Shown here: in pieces, positions 19,804 to 30,091 of the stretch
Layout of the letters: the number at the start of each line of letters is the position of its first letter
Numbering within the stretch: the first letter of the stretch is position 1
Notes under the pieces: generated by a model
Database searches by the model: none
Told to the model about the DNA's origin: nothing
Seen by the model: the letters and a program-made list of their open reading frames with translations, nothing else
Assembly: GCA_963773925.1 (NCBI GenBank)
Contig: CAVZDC010000001.1
Coordinates: 248,167-312,166, forward strand
Direction: 5' to 3'
DNA length: 64,000 bases
Source: Pirellulales bacterium
GTDB lineage: Bacteria > Planctomycetota > Planctomycetia > Pirellulales > JADZDJ01
Program-made: the position numbers and the translations under genes

Positions 19804-20409
19804 TCACTGTTTCGGCGGCGCCTTGAGTTGCGGTTTTGCGGCCAACGACGACGATCTCTGCTGCGTGCTTGACTGTCTCACCGGAGCCTGCCGCACTTGT
19901 GTCTGAGCTTTGGCTGCCGCGGCGTTCGTGGCCGACGCCGAAATCCTTCGGGCTCGTGCTCGTGCGCATGGTGAAAATGATGCACGCGATAGAACGTCAG
20001 CCACTCGGGATACAAATAGTACGGGTGCGAAGCCGAATAATAGTTGTTGTATTGGTTGAACACCTCGGTTCCGCCCGCCGGCGCCGGATATCCCGCCTGA
20101 GCCAGCACCTGCTGTTGGGGCAAGCTGAACTGCTGCGGTCCGCTCGCGACTGATCGCTGCTGCGCCTGCTGTTGCCAGGTCGCCCGGGCAACGTTCTACC
20201 GGTGTCGGCAGCGGCTGCGATGCGATCGCTGGCGCAGGCGGAGGTATCCGTTGCAGCGGTTTGGCAATCGGCGCTTCGTCGTTAACATTGAGAAACGCCG
20301 CCAAATCCACGCGATGCTCTTGCCAAACTGAGTTATTTGTCAAAAAGACTACGAACACCACGATCGCAAAGGCAACAAGCATCACTAGCCAGAACAGCTT
20401 CGAGTCCAT
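19804..20409 (-). CDS. hypothetical N-terminally anchored Q/Y/H/P-rich protein (about two frameshifts)
   Basis: MDSKLFWLVMLVAFAIVVFVVFLTNN.... The plausible middle part ...QQQAQQRSVASGPQQFSLPQQQVLAQAGYPAPAGGTEVFNQYNNYYSASHPYYLYPEW... is in the frame of ORF 19878-20123. Ends uncertain. Confidence 0.4.
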   Translation of the reverse strand: MDSKLFWLVMLVAFAIVVFVVFLTNNSVWQEHRVDLAAFLNVNDEAPIAKPLQRIPPPAPAIASQPLPTPVERCPGDLATAGAAAISRERTAAVQLAPTAGAGSGGISGAGGRNRGVQPIQQLLFGFAPVLFVSRVADVLSRASFSPCARARARRISASATNAAAAKAQTQVRQAPVRQSSTQQRSSSLAAKPQLKAPPKQ

Positions 20410-21009
20410 GATCGCAGCCCCCGTTTGTAGGCCGGCGCAAATGGCGCCGCAGAGCTTGCAAAACGTAACGATCATCTTCTCGGTCCCGACCGCGCGGGTG
20501 GCGAGTGCCAGGGCCCCGAATAGACCAGCTTGGCGACCCCTCAAATTGGGTCAAGCATTTTGCTAATTCGAGGGCCAGCCGGGTGCCCGCCGGTAGACCA
20601 ATCACCGGTGAAATCCGCGACCACCCTAAGCCGGAGCGCGACTCTTCCGGCCGCGCAATCTATTACCGCGGTGGGGATTGCTTCTTCCAGGCAAGAGCTA
20701 CCACCATTCCGCCGTAATTCGCTGTGACCAAAGCCATCCGGCCGGCAACAAATTGGGGCGGTCGCACCTCGCGCCCACGGCGTCGAAAACGATTTTCACG
20801 CCGCTCTCTCCCGCCAAGGAACAGGACATGTTGACCGCCGGAACCATCGTGCTTTTTGTCATGGCGTACCGCCGTCTGGCGGCCACTTTCAAGCTTTCAT
20901 CGCTGTCCCGATAATGCAACTTACTGCTACACTGCCGCGAGTCGCTCGTCCCCTAGCCGCCCCGCGGCCCTACGGATTGTTTCCACTGCCCGGTGGTCCG
21001 GTTGCCTTC

Positions 21010-21611
21010 ATGACCCGAACTTTTCTGGCCGCGCTCGCCAAGTTCTTAAGCGGCGCCAGCACCCGCTGGGTCGAGTGCCAGCCCGATACGTGCCAGCGCA
21101 TCTATTTCGCCAATCACACCAGCCACTTGGACGCGCTGGTGGTTTGGGCCTCGCTGCCAATGGAATTGGCAACATCACCCGCCCAGTGGCCGCCAAAGAT
21201 TATTGGGACGCCGGCGCGGTGCGTCGCTACCTGGCCACGCAAGTCTTCGACGCACTATTGATCGATCGCAAGGAAATCAAAGTCCACAACAGCCCGGTCG
21301 ATTTGATGATTCGCGAAATGGGGGACCGCAAATCGCTGATCGTCTTCCCCGAAGGCGGCCGCAGCACCACCGGCGAAATCGGCGAGTTCAAAAGCGGGCT
21401 GTTTTACCTCGGCAAAAAGCGCCCCGATCTCGAGCTGGTTCCGGTCTACATCGATAATCTCAACCGCGTGCTCCCGCGTGGCGAGTTTCTGCCCGTGCCG
21501 CTGTTGAGCTGCATTACCTTTGGGCCGCCGATCTGGCTGGAAAAGGGAGAACCCAAAAATTCGTTTCTCAGCAGGGCCCGCGAAGCAGTGCGGCGGCTAA
21601 AAGATACGTAA
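21010..21611 (+). CDS. plsC: 1-acyl-sn-glycerol-3-phosphate acyltransferase (one frameshift near 21160)
   Basis: HX4D motif NHTSHLD in ORF 20914-21261 joins ...NGIGNITRPVAAKDYW...VFPEGGRSTTGEIGEFKSG... in ORF 20856-21611. The start could also be 20914. Confidence 0.75.
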
Positions 21612-21738
21612 ACCGCGCCGGCCCGGCATCAGCAGAGCAATTAGCTGGATTCCTCGCGTTATGGTACCCTGGCGTCACTTGTCAACTGATTAACATTGTG
21701 GTGAGTTTCCGGCCGCTCCCGAGCATCCTGCGTCGCCC

Positions 21739-22827
21739 ATGGAAGATTGGAGAACGTTATCTCTGGTGGGCGGCGTGTTGGGCGTGCTCACCATCGCCAC
21801 GATTGTCGGCCAATTTCTCAAGCGGCATCCCGATACCGGACTCAACGCCGCCGCCGTGCGCACCTTCAACCTCCGCGTGCGCGCCTGGTGGACCATGTGC
21901 GCCATTCTGGCCACCGCCTTCTTTCTGGGAAAAGGCCTGACCGTGGCCATGTTCGGCTTCATTTCCTTCGTCGCGCTGCGGGAATTTATTACGATTACGC
22001 CCACGCGGCTAGGCGATCATCGCGCATTGTTCTGGGCCTTCGTGCTGTTCACCCCGCTGCAATACGTACTGGTGGGCCTGAATCAATACGAACTGTACAA
22101 CGTGTTGATTCCGGTGTACGCGTTTTTGTTTGTGCCGGCGCGGATCGCGCTGTCGGGCGATTACAAACGCTACTTGGAGCGAGTGGCCAAAATTCAAACC
22201 GGTCTGATGATCTGCGTCTACTGCCTGAGCTTCGCCCCGGCGCTGTTGTACCTGGAGAACAAGGCTCCCGACAATTCGCACAATCATCCGAATACCGTGC
22301 TGGAATCAGCACAGGGCCTCTCAGAAACTGCGGAGCAAGCCGGTTCCACGCCTGCGCCCGCGGAGGGTCGGCCAGAGGTGCAGCCGCGACCGGCCGAAAT
22401 CAAAGTCTACGAAGGCTCCAACTATCGCCTGCTGTTCTTCTTCATCTTGATGGTGCAGTTGGGAGATGCCTTGCAATACATCTGGGGCAAATTGATCGGC
22501 CAGCACATCATTGTTCCCGCCATCAGCCCCAACCGTACCTGGGAAGGTTTCTTGGGGGGCATCGGCAGCAACACGCTGGTAGGCGCCGCGCTATGGTGGG
22601 CCATACCCCCGCTCCGCCCCTGGCAAGCCGCCGGGATGACCCTCTTAGTCAGCATCCTGGGCTTTTGCGGCGGACTGACGATGTCGGCCATCAAGCGCGA
22701 CCGCGGTGTGAAAGACTACGGCACACTGGTCGAAGGGCACGGCGGCATTTTAGACCGCATTGATTCCCTTTGCTTCGCCGCGCCGGTGTTCTACCACGTC
22801 ACGCGCTCAATCTTCCTGCCCTGGTAG
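21739..22827 (+). CDS. cdsA: phosphatidate cytidylyltransferase (CDP-diglyceride synthase)
   Basis: Intact 362-aa multi-TM ORF with the C-terminal signature SAIKRDRGVKDYGTLVEGHGGILDRIDS. Confidence 0.85.
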   Translation: MEDWRTLSLVGGVLGVLTIATIVGQFLKRHPDTGLNAAAVRTFNLRVRAWWTMCAILATAFFLGKGLTVAMFGFISFVALREFITITPTRLGDHRALFWAFVLFTPLQYVLVGLNQYELYNVLIPVYAFLFVPARIALSGDYKRYLERVAKIQTGLMICVYCLSFAPALLYLENKAPDNSHNHPNTVLESAQGLSETAEQAGSTPAPAEGRPEVQPRPAEIKVYEGSNYRLLFFFILMVQLGDALQYIWGKLIGQHIIVPAISPNRTWEGFLGGIGSNTLVGAALWWAIPPLRPWQAAGMTLLVSILGFCGGLTMSAIKRDRGVKDYGTLVEGHGGILDRIDSLCFAAPVFYHVTRSIFLPW

Positions 22828-22831
22828 CTCC

Positions 22832-22866
22832 GAGTGGCACGCCCCAAGTCCGCGAAGGGCGTGGCC
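22832..22866. repeat. REP-like palindrome family 4 (GTGGCACGCCC...GGGCGTGG), copy 1, between convergent cdsA and the HExxH gene
   Basis: gagtggcacgccccaagtccgcgaagggcgtggcc. A related copy is at 34822-34848. Likely acts as a bidirectional terminator hairpin. Confidence 0.5.
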
Positions 22867-22894
22867 TGGCGGTTTACCGGTCGCCCGTTTGGCT

Positions 22895-24052
22895 CTACTC
22901 CGTCCGCGTCCAATCCAAGATCACCTTATGATCTGGCGCGGCCGCGGGAGCATCGTGCTGCGCAATGTATTCCGGTTGTCGGCCAGCGAGTGCGCTGGCA
23001 GATTCGTCGGCCGGCGGAGGCGCGGTACTGCTGCGCCGGTCGTACACGCTTGGATGCGACGAGGCGGTCCAACCCGCAGTGGCCGGCCCACTCGGCGCTT
23101 GTGGTGCTGCGCTTGCCGACGCCACGTTCTGCCAGCCGTTGTCGCTGGTCCGTTCGCGTGCGGCGCTGGCCGCCAGCGCCGCATCACGCCGCGTCGGCGT
23201 GGTCGATTTCGCCTCCACTCCGTCGCCGTCGTTATTCTGGGCGCGATACAACGGCGCTCCGCCTCCCGATTCCGGGCGAGTGTTCGAAGCCAGTTGCGTC
23301 GCCGGTTGTTGCCCAACGATGTTCGGGCTGCCCTGCTTCACCCAAATGAGCCACTGATCCTGCAGATCTTTCAGACTGGCATAGCCGTAGTGTTTTTTCA
23401 AATCGGCTTGCCAATTCTCGCTCTTCATTCCTTCGCCGACAAAGCTCAAAAACTCGTGCCGTCCTTTCTGCTCGATCAAGTACCGGGCCAACGAGTACCC
23501 TTGCGAATACAGCGGCAACACGTCGTTGGGATATTCCTTCATGGCGAACATGTCGTCAAAAGCAATTCCCCGCCCAGTGTGCAAGAAATTGATCAACATC
23601 ACTTGCTGCTTGTTTTTCTCCGAGGAATGCTCCACCGTGGTGCACGCGCCTTCGTCGGCCCACCGCGGCAGAGGCTGGCGGAAATAGCTGGCAAAAATTG
23701 TGTGCGTCACTTCGTGCGGCAGCACGCTATCCAGCACGCGCTCCCGCGAGCCTTGGATTTTCATGTCCCAGCCGAACACTTCGCCGCGATCGAACACAAA
23801 GCTGGTGGCGCCGCCGGCCCCCAACGTCGGCGACACTTCGGCCCGAATCGGGCACGGACGCGACCAATTGGGCATCGCCTGCCCCAGCCATTCAATCGCC
23901 AGATCGTGACGATATTGCTCCGCGGATTTGCCGATTTCCTCGGCCAACTGCGGCGTGGGAGCGTCGACGATAAAGTTTGCCGTGCGATAACCGGCGCCAA
24001 ACGCACTAGCTACGGCCAACAACACCGCAGCCGGAAAGAGGCGAGCTTCCAT
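22895..24052 (-). CDS. secreted HExxH-motif protein (putative MA-clan metallopeptidase-like) with low-complexity C-terminal region
   Basis: Signal-like MEARLFPAAVLLAVASAFGAG. Motif VLPHEVTHTIF...ADEGACTTVEH. Intact 385-aa ORF. Confidence 0.55.
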   Translation of the reverse strand: MEARLFPAAVLLAVASAFGAGYRTANFIVDAPTPQLAEEIGKSAEQYRHDLAIEWLGQAMPNWSRPCPIRAEVSPTLGAGGATSFVFDRGEVFGWDMKIQGSRERVLDSVLPHEVTHTIFASYFRQPLPRWADEGACTTVEHSSEKNKQQVMLINFLHTGRGIAFDDMFAMKEYPNDVLPLYSQGYSLARYLIEQKGRHEFLSFVGEGMKSENWQADLKKHYGYASLKDLQDQWLIWVKQGSPNIVGQQPATQLASNTRPESGGGAPLYRAQNNDGDGVEAKSTTPTRRDAALAASAARERTSDNGWQNVASASAAPQAPSGPATAGWTASSHPSVYDRRSSTAPPPADESASALAGRQPEYIAQHDAPAAAPDHKVILDWTRTE

Positions 24053-24122
24053 GCTCTGGGTCTCCGCAAGTCTTGAGAGGCGGGTAGGTCAATCTACTCG
24101 GCCGCTATCCATGCAGCCGGGC

Positions 24123-24267
24123 GGGAATCATTCCAACAGAGTCTCAGGCCACTCGCATCTTCTGTGCCACACAATTCTGTCGCGGCAGGCATTCGCCGCT
24201 AAATCGTTTGGCTGCCGCGACAATCAGCTTCGGGTGGGAATCATTCGCGGGCCTGCGAGAGTCTCAG
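24123..24267 (-). promoter_or_regulatory. symmetric direct repeat / 11-bp perfect inverted repeat / direct repeat module between the mutT-like gene and the HExxH gene
   Basis: gggaatcattc...gagtctcag occurs at 24123-24147 and 24236-24267. These flank tgtcgcggcag-N23-ctgccgcgaca at 24178-24222. Confidence 0.4.
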
Positions 24268-24313
24268 TTCCGTTGTAAGGTTGCAAAGTTTACCCACTGC
24301 CGCCGGATTTCAC

Positions 24314-24715
24314 CTAGAGAGATTTCGCGACTCTCCCGCCCCGCAGCAGCATCTCGGTCAGCGGCCGATTTGCCTCAGGAAATTCCAAGCTAGCAAGCTC
24401 CGCGGCATCGACCCATCGGAAGGGGGCCCGCGGACAAACGGCGGTGTTCACCGGCCGGCAATGAAAGAAATGAATCTCTAACACGCCGTGGTCGTAGTGA
24501 TGCACCGTGCTGAAACACTCATCGCCCACCTCCACCGTGATGCCGCTTTCTTCCAAACATTCCCGTGCGGCAGCCTGTGCCGGCGTTTCCTCCGCATGCA
24601 CCTTGCCGCCCGGAAACTCCGCCATTCCCGCCAATGGCACATCAGCCGGCCGCGTCCCGACAAGAAAGCGCCCATTGTCCTGCACGACGGCAATTGCGAC
24701 GCAAATCGGTGTCAT
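24314..24715 (-). CDS. NUDIX hydrolase, MutT-like
   Basis: Nudix box GGKVHAEETPAQAAARECLEESGI. 133 aa. Start overlaps the fabI stop (ATGA). Confidence 0.8.
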   Translation of the reverse strand: MTPICVAIAVVQDNGRFLVGTRPADVPLAGMAEFPGGKVHAEETPAQAAARECLEESGITVEVGDECFSTVHHYDHGVLEIHFFHCRPVNTAVCPRAPFRWVDAAELASLEFPEANRPLTEMLLRGGRVAKSL

Positions 24716-25536
24716 GCGCCAGTTTTCAACTTATCTAATAAGCGTCCCGGCGAACCCATGATGTTATAGCCTGCATCCACGTGCAAAATCTCGCCGGTGA
24801 TGCCGTCCGACATGGGCGATAAGAGGAACGCCGCGCTGCGCCCCACTTCCTCGTGCGTGATGTTCCGGCACAGAGGCGCCATTTCGTGATACAGATCCTC
24901 CATGCCTTCGGCGCCCACGGCACGTGCCGCCAAAGTACGCAGCGGCCCGGCACTGATTGCATTCACCCGCACGCCTGCGGCTCCCAAATCGAACGCCGCA
25001 TATTTCACGCAGGCGTCCAGCGCCGCCTTGCACACTCCCATCATGTTGTACCCCGGTACCACTTTCTCGCCGCCGTAATACGTCATGGCCAGTACCGCCG
25101 CGCCAGAATTGAAAATTCCTTTCGCCGCATTGCACAGCGCCAGCAAACTGTACGCGCTAATGTCGATCGCCAATTTAAAACCCTCCCGGCTGGTACCGAT
25201 GGTCGGCTTCGCCAGATCGTCGGTATTCGCAAACGCGATCGAATGCAGCAGAAAGTCAATCTTGCCGAATTCCTTGGCCGCTAGCTCCATGAAGCTCTTG
25301 ATGTCCGCGTCCTTACTCACGTCCACGGGGGCAAGGAACTTCGCGTTGGGCTGCTTGTCGGTCAATTGCGAAACCCGCCGCCGGTTGCGCTGCCGCTCGT
25401 CGTCGGGCCGGTCCGGCAAATGCGAGAATCCGCACAGCCCCCCCTCGGCCATGATCTGCTGAGCGATGGCCCAAGCGATGGAATTGTCGTTCGCCACGCC
25501 GAAAATGAGCCCTTTTTTGCCGTCGAACAGGCCCAT
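24712..25536 (-). CDS. fabI: enoyl-[acyl-carrier-protein] reductase (NADH)
   Basis: MGLFDGKKGLIFGVANDNSIAW...YYGGEKVVPGYNMMGVCKAALD...ISAGPLRTLAA. The ORF track begins 69 nt upstream, but ATG 25536 fits FabI N-termini. Confidence 0.9.
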   Translation of the reverse strand: MGLFDGKKGLIFGVANDNSIAWAIAQQIMAEGGLCGFSHLPDRPDDERQRNRRRVSQLTDKQPNAKFLAPVDVSKDADIKSFMELAAKEFGKIDFLLHSIAFANTDDLAKPTIGTSREGFKLAIDISAYSLLALCNAAKGIFNSGAAVLAMTYYGGEKVVPGYNMMGVCKAALDACVKYAAFDLGAAGVRVNAISAGPLRTLAARAVGAEGMEDLYHEMAPLCRNITHEEVGRSAAFLLSPMSDGITGEILHVDAGYNIMGSPGRLLDKLKTGA

Positions 25537-25621
25537 GATGGCCTCCTTCCAACAACGAATGAAATGCGATTGGCTGAAGATACCGCCTCTGCCGCGATCA
25601 AACAATGAGACACCGTGGTCG

Positions 25622-25651
25622 TTGTCAACGTGAATACACCGACCCTATAAT
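25622..25651 (+). promoter_or_regulatory. sigma70-type promoter candidate TTGTCA-N18-TATAAT for the sigma54-activator gene
   Basis: TTGTCA at 25622-25627 and TATAAT at 25646-25651, 48 nt upstream of ATG 25699. Confidence 0.4.
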
Positions 25652-25698
25652 GCTGTATCAATCTGTTGACATCTGTCGCGGCCCTGTGATCCTTTTCG

Positions 25699-27612
25699 AT
25701 GCCACGAAATCCCGAGCGTTCCGCGCCTGCCACTGCCGTGGCCGCCAATCTTTTGCTTGCCGCCGAAGGAGCTACCGGCACAACGCAGTATCTGAATGAA
25801 ATCTTCCCTGCGCTAGTGCCTGCGCTGTGGGCCGATTTCGCCGCCGTAGTGCGGCCGGAAGGCCAAACATTTCGCACATTGGCCGAAACCGGCATTCATC
25901 AATCCTGGCCGTCGGAACTTGTGTCGGAATGTCTCGATCGTGAAGCTCCGCAATCGTCCGGCCCGTGGTTGGCGGCGCCGCTTGCGCCGCGCGAACCCGG
26001 CGGTGAGGTGCTGTTAGTTCACCGATCCAATGCCGCCCCTGCTGAGCGATCACTTCCCCAAGACTTCGAGCCAATCGTTGACGCGCTCGGCGCGGGATTG
26101 CGGATCGTCCGCGCACGTCAACGATTTCGCAAGCGCGCCACGCAGGCCGAAACCATCCTGTCGATCGTTCAGCAATGGGGCCGCACGCAGGAAATGCAAC
26201 CGCTATTGGAGCAAATGGCCACCGCCTCCACGCAATTGCTCGAAGCCGATCGCGCCAGCATTTTTCTCTGGGATCGCACCAATCACTTGTTGATCGGCCG
26301 CCCGGCCTTGGGTGTCAAAAGTGGCGAACTGCGCGTGCCCGACAATGCCGGCGTCGTCGGCGAAGTATTGCGCAGTGGCGAGCCGCGCCGAGTTTCGCAG
26401 CGCGACAAAATCGATGCCATCAATCGCCGCATCGACGCCCAATTGAAGTACCAAACCCGCACCCTGCTGGCCGTGCCCCTCCGCAGCGCCGGCGCCGAAA
26501 TGCTGGGCGTCTTCGAAGTGCTCAACAAAAAGGACGGCGATTTCAGCTCCGAGGACGAAGCGGCGCTGCTGGAATTGGCCACCCACGCCGCCGTGGCCCT
26601 GGAAAACACCCAGGACCGCCAACATCTGCTGGCTTCCCACCGCCAAATGGTCGACCAGGCCGCCGAGCATGTGCGGCTCATCGGCGAAAGTCCGGCCATC
26701 GAGGCGCTGCGCTCCACCGTGCGCCGTGTGGCCGATACCGACCTGGCGGTGTTGGTGCTCGGCGCCAACGGCACCGGCAAAGAGGTCGTGAGCCAATTGA
26801 TCCACTATCTTGGTCCGCGCCGCGATCGTCCCTTCGTCGCGGTCAACTGCGCCGCCATTGCCGAAACACTTTTGGAAAGCGAATTGTTCGGCCACGAAAA
26901 AGGCGCCTTTACCGACGCCCACGAATCGCGCGCCGGCAAATTCGAACTGGCCACCGGCGGCACGCTGCTGCTGGATGAAGTGGGAGACCTCAGCCCCGGC
27001 GGTCAGGCCAAGCTCTTGCGCGTGCTCGAAGAAAAAGTCGTGCTGCGCGTCGGCGGGTCGCGACCCATTCCCGTCGACGTGCGCGTGATCGCCGCCACGA
27101 ATCAGAATCTGGCCGACCTGGTGCGCGCCAAAAAATTCCGGCAGGATTTATATTTCCGTCTGAATGTGGTCGTGCTGGAATTGCCGCCGCTAGCCGATCG
27201 CGGCGACGACATCCTGCGGTTGGCCGAACATTTTCTCGCCGAATTTTCACATCGCGCTCGCCGCAAGCCGCCGAAATTTTCGCACGAGGCCAAAAAACGC
27301 CTGCTCGGGCACCCTTGGCCCGGCAATGTACGCGAACTACGCAATTTGATGGAACGGCTGGCCTTCCTGGTGCCCGGCGACACCGTGGAACCGGGCGACT
27401 TGGCCTTCATCATGTCTCCCTCTCAGGAATCGTCCGGCCTGTTGGTCGTCGATCAGCCGTTGGGCTCCGCGACCGACCGGTTTCAGACAGAATACATTCG
27501 CAAAGCCATCCAGCGCGCCGGCGGCAACATGACCGACGCCGCCGACCTCTTAGGATTGCACCGCTCCAATCTGTATCGCAAGATGAAGCAACTGGGAATG
27601 GAAGGTGACTAA
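25699..27612 (+). CDS. sigma54-dependent transcriptional activator with N-terminal GAF-type sensor region and C-terminal Fis-type HTH
   Basis: Intact 637-aa ORF. AAA+ core GANGTGKEVVSQLIH...ESELFGHEKGAFTDA...LLLDEVGDL. C-terminal ...GNMTDAADLLGLHRSNLYRKMKQLG. Confidence 0.9.
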   Translation: MPRNPERSAPATAVAANLLLAAEGATGTTQYLNEIFPALVPALWADFAAVVRPEGQTFRTLAETGIHQSWPSELVSECLDREAPQSSGPWLAAPLAPREPGGEVLLVHRSNAAPAERSLPQDFEPIVDALGAGLRIVRARQRFRKRATQAETILSIVQQWGRTQEMQPLLEQMATASTQLLEADRASIFLWDRTNHLLIGRPALGVKSGELRVPDNAGVVGEVLRSGEPRRVSQRDKIDAINRRIDAQLKYQTRTLLAVPLRSAGAEMLGVFEVLNKKDGDFSSEDEAALLELATHAAVALENTQDRQHLLASHRQMVDQAAEHVRLIGESPAIEALRSTVRRVADTDLAVLVLGANGTGKEVVSQLIHYLGPRRDRPFVAVNCAAIAETLLESELFGHEKGAFTDAHESRAGKFELATGGTLLLDEVGDLSPGGQAKLLRVLEEKVVLRVGGSRPIPVDVRVIAATNQNLADLVRAKKFRQDLYFRLNVVVLELPPLADRGDDILRLAEHFLAEFSHRARRKPPKFSHEAKKRLLGHPWPGNVRELRNLMERLAFLVPGDTVEPGDLAFIMSPSQESSGLLVVDQPLGSATDRFQTEYIRKAIQRAGGNMTDAADLLGLHRSNLYRKMKQLGMEGD

Positions 27613-27622
27613 GCTTCTTTTG

Positions 27623-27729
27623 AACCGCCGAGGCGCAGAGAGGATTGAAGAATCTGCTAAATTAGCCGCCGGGCTCGCCCGGCGTTGCGCAAAATTTCTT
27701 CCCCTCCGCGTCTCTGCGTCTCTGCGGTT
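27623..27729 (+). terminator. composite hairpin with GCGCAGAGA / GCGTCTCT tandem-unit arms; the loop carries REP family 3 copy 1 (27661-27687)
   Basis: Left arm aaccgccgaggcgcagagagg pairs with right arm cctccgcgtctctgcgtctctgcggtt. Inner element attagccgccgggctcgcccggcgttg contains a perfect gccgggc/gcccggc stem. Confidence 0.5.
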
Positions 27730-27746
27730 ATTTTGATGGGTGACTT

Positions 27747-28088
27747 ATGGCGAAAACAATTTTCAAAAAAATCATCGACCGCGAGATTCCAGCCAAGATC
27801 ATTTACGAAGACGACCAGTGCCTGGCCTTCCACGACGTCTCGCCCCAAGCGCCAACGCACGTGCTGCTAATTCCAAAAGAAGAAATCGCCAATCTTGATG
27901 CGCTCAGCGAAAGCGACTCGCCGATCGTGGCGCACTTAATGATCACAGCACGCAATCTTGCGAAACAATTGGGTCTGAAAGAAGGCTACCGCGTGGTCGT
28001 CAACAACGGTCCCGACGGCGGCCAAACCGTCGATCATCTGCACTTCCACCTCCTCGGCGGCCGCCCCATGCAATGGCCGCCGGGATAA
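27747..28088 (+). CDS. histidine triad (HIT) nucleotide-binding protein
   Basis: 113 aa. HIT motif [10 protein letters not shown] and an N-terminus typical of HinT. Confidence 0.9.
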   Translation: MAKTIFKKIIDREIPAKIIYEDDQCLAFHDVSPQAPTHVLLIPKEEIANLDALSESDSPIVAHLMITARNLAKQLGLKEGYRVVVNNGPDGGQTVDHLHFHLLGGRPMQWPPG

Positions 28089-28099
28089 GCGTTGCCAAA

Positions 28100-29225
28100 T
28101 CAAATCCGCATCAGCAAATTGCCACTCAAGCGGCGAATCAATCGCCGCATTTCCAGCACGCTGCAGCGTGGCCAGCACTTGCGGCGCCGGTAATCCGGAC
28201 GCTGCGATCACCGCATCCACCGTCGTCGGCTCGCACGGCACGGCTGCCAGCACTTGCTGCTCCCATTCGTTCAGCGCCAGTTCAGCCGGATGATGAATTT
28301 CCCGCCCGCCGTCGCGCCGGCGCAGCTTCGGCCAGCGGGCCCAGCTCATCCAGCACGTCGTCGGCGGTTTCCACTAATTTCGCGCCATCGCGGATCAGCG
28401 CATGGCAGCCGCGCGACATGCGGCTGCTAACCGGCCCCGGCACAGCGAATACGTCGCGCCCTTGCTCCATCGCATGCCGCGCGGTGATCAACGCCCCGGA
28501 ACGATTCGACGCTTCCACCACCAGCACGCCCAGCGACAATCCGCTGATAATGCGGTTGCGCTGTGGAAACATTCCGCTCATGGGAACCGCGCGCGGCGGC
28601 GATTCGCTCACCAGCGCACCCTGCGCCGCAATCTGCCTGGCCAATTCCGCATGCTCCGGCGGATAGATGTTGAGCACGCCGCTGGCCAGCACGGCAATCG
28701 TGCGTCCGCCCGCCGCCAGCGCCCGCGATGCGCCGCCGCATCGATGCCCCGCGCCAAACCGCTGACAATCGTAATACCCGCCCGCGCCAAACTGCCGGCC
28801 AACCGCTCGGCCTGTTGCAAACCGTAATGCGTGGCATGCCGCGCGCCCACGATCGCCACTGCTAACGAATCACTGGCGTCCAGTCTGCCCCGCACAAACA
28901 GCACGCCCGGCGGATCGGGCAGATTCTGAAGCGGCGCGGGATACTGTTCGTCGAACTGCGTCATGATGTCGACGCCTGATGCCCGGCACAGTTCGATCTC
29001 TGCAACAGCGTCGATTTCGTCGCGCGCGCTGGCGATCGCGCGGCACAGTTTGGGCCCAACCCCCGAAACCTCGCGCAGCTCGGCAGACGCGGCCTGCAGC
29101 ACCGCCTCGGGCGACCCAAATCGCTCCAGCAACTTCACTCGCGTGCGCGGCCCCACTCCTGAAATCAGCGACAGGCGAACCGCCTCCGCAAGCCTGTCCT
29201 GCGATAATTGCGAACTGCGCGACAT
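28100..29225 (-). CDS. dprA: DNA-processing protein DprA (three frameshifts, near 28705, 28340 and 28165)
   Basis: ORFs 28608-29297, 28282-28692 and 27936-28349 join as ...IVSGLARGIDAAAHRG/...VLASGVLNIYPPEH...SGMFPQRNRIISGLS...ITARHAMEQGRDVFAVPG.../...LNEWEQQVLAAV.../VLEMRRLIRRLSGNLLMRI*. Confidence 0.75.
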
Positions 29226-29392
29226 GCCTGGCCCCTTGCGCCGAGCATGCAGACGCAAATCCCGGCGATCGGTCAAACTGCGAGAATAGAAGGCCACATT
29301 CTAGCGGGCTAGCGGGCTAAACTCGCTTGAGAAGCAATTGCCCGCGCGGAAAGAAAGAATACCGACCAGTCCGTCGAGCGCAGCCTTCCAAA

Positions 29393-30091
29393 TCACCCTG
29401 AATTCACAGTCGGTTCGGCGGCCTCCCCAGACTGGCCCTCCTCGGCCGATGCAGCGAATTCCCTCGTGGAATCTCGAACAGCGCCCGCCGCCACGACCAT
29501 CCGCACCAGTTCGGCCAACGAAGCGGCCTGCATTTTCTGCAAAATGTTCGCCCGCCGCAATTCGACGGTGCGCAATCCCAGGTCCAATTCCTTGGCAATG
29601 GTTTTGTTCGGATTGCCTGCCACCAGCTTTTGCAAAACCTGATGCTCCTCCGGCGTGAGCATAGCCAACCGGCTACGGATTTGGGCCCGTTGCGCGCGCT
29701 GGCTGCGCGACTGGACCTGACACGCCAGCGCCCGGCAAATTGCTTCCCACAACTGCTGGTCGTTGCAAGGCTTTTCCAAGAATGTTTGGGCGCCCCCACG
29801 CATCGCTTGCACGGCGCTGGATACGTCTCCGTACCCGGTAATGATAATCACCGGGAGTTCGACTCCCTCTGCTCGCAACAGTTCTTGCAGTTTGAGGCCG
29901 CACATTCCGGACATGCGCATGTCGATGATCAGGCAACCGTCTCTCTGGCGATCGAAGCGTGCCAGAAAATCCTCCGCCGATTCAAACGTTTCTGCCTCCA
30001 AGCCGTGCGAGCGCACCAGCGCGGCCACCGATTCGTGCGCCGCCGGATCGTCGTCGACAATGAATACCGGTTCAAACGTGGCAATAGACAT
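29393..30091 (-). CDS. response regulator, FixJ/LuxR family (REC + LuxR HTH)
   Basis: Intact 232-aa ORF. VFIVDDD...LIIDMRMSGMCG...ITGYGDV...EKP, then LTPEEHQVLQKLVAGNPNKTIAKELDLGLRTVELRRANI. Confidence 0.9.
   Translation of the reverse strand: MSIATFEPVFIVDDDPAAHESVAALVRSHGLEAETFESAEDFLARFDRQRDGCLIIDMRMSGMCGLKLQELLRAEGVELPVIIITGYGDVSSAVQAMRGGAQTFLEKPCNDQQLWEAICRALACQVQSRSQRAQRAQIRSRLAMLTPEEHQVLQKLVAGNPNKTIAKELDLGLRTVELRRANILQKMQAASLAELVRMVVAAGAVRDSTREFAASAEEGQSGEAAEPTVNSG

Noticed and set aside
22832-22866. TGGCAC strings in REP family 4 copies (also 34822-34848) as sigma54 -24 elements, given the sigma54 activator in the window
   Set aside because: No TTGC -12 element at the required spacing. 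Both copies sit between convergent gene ends, not upstream of genes.
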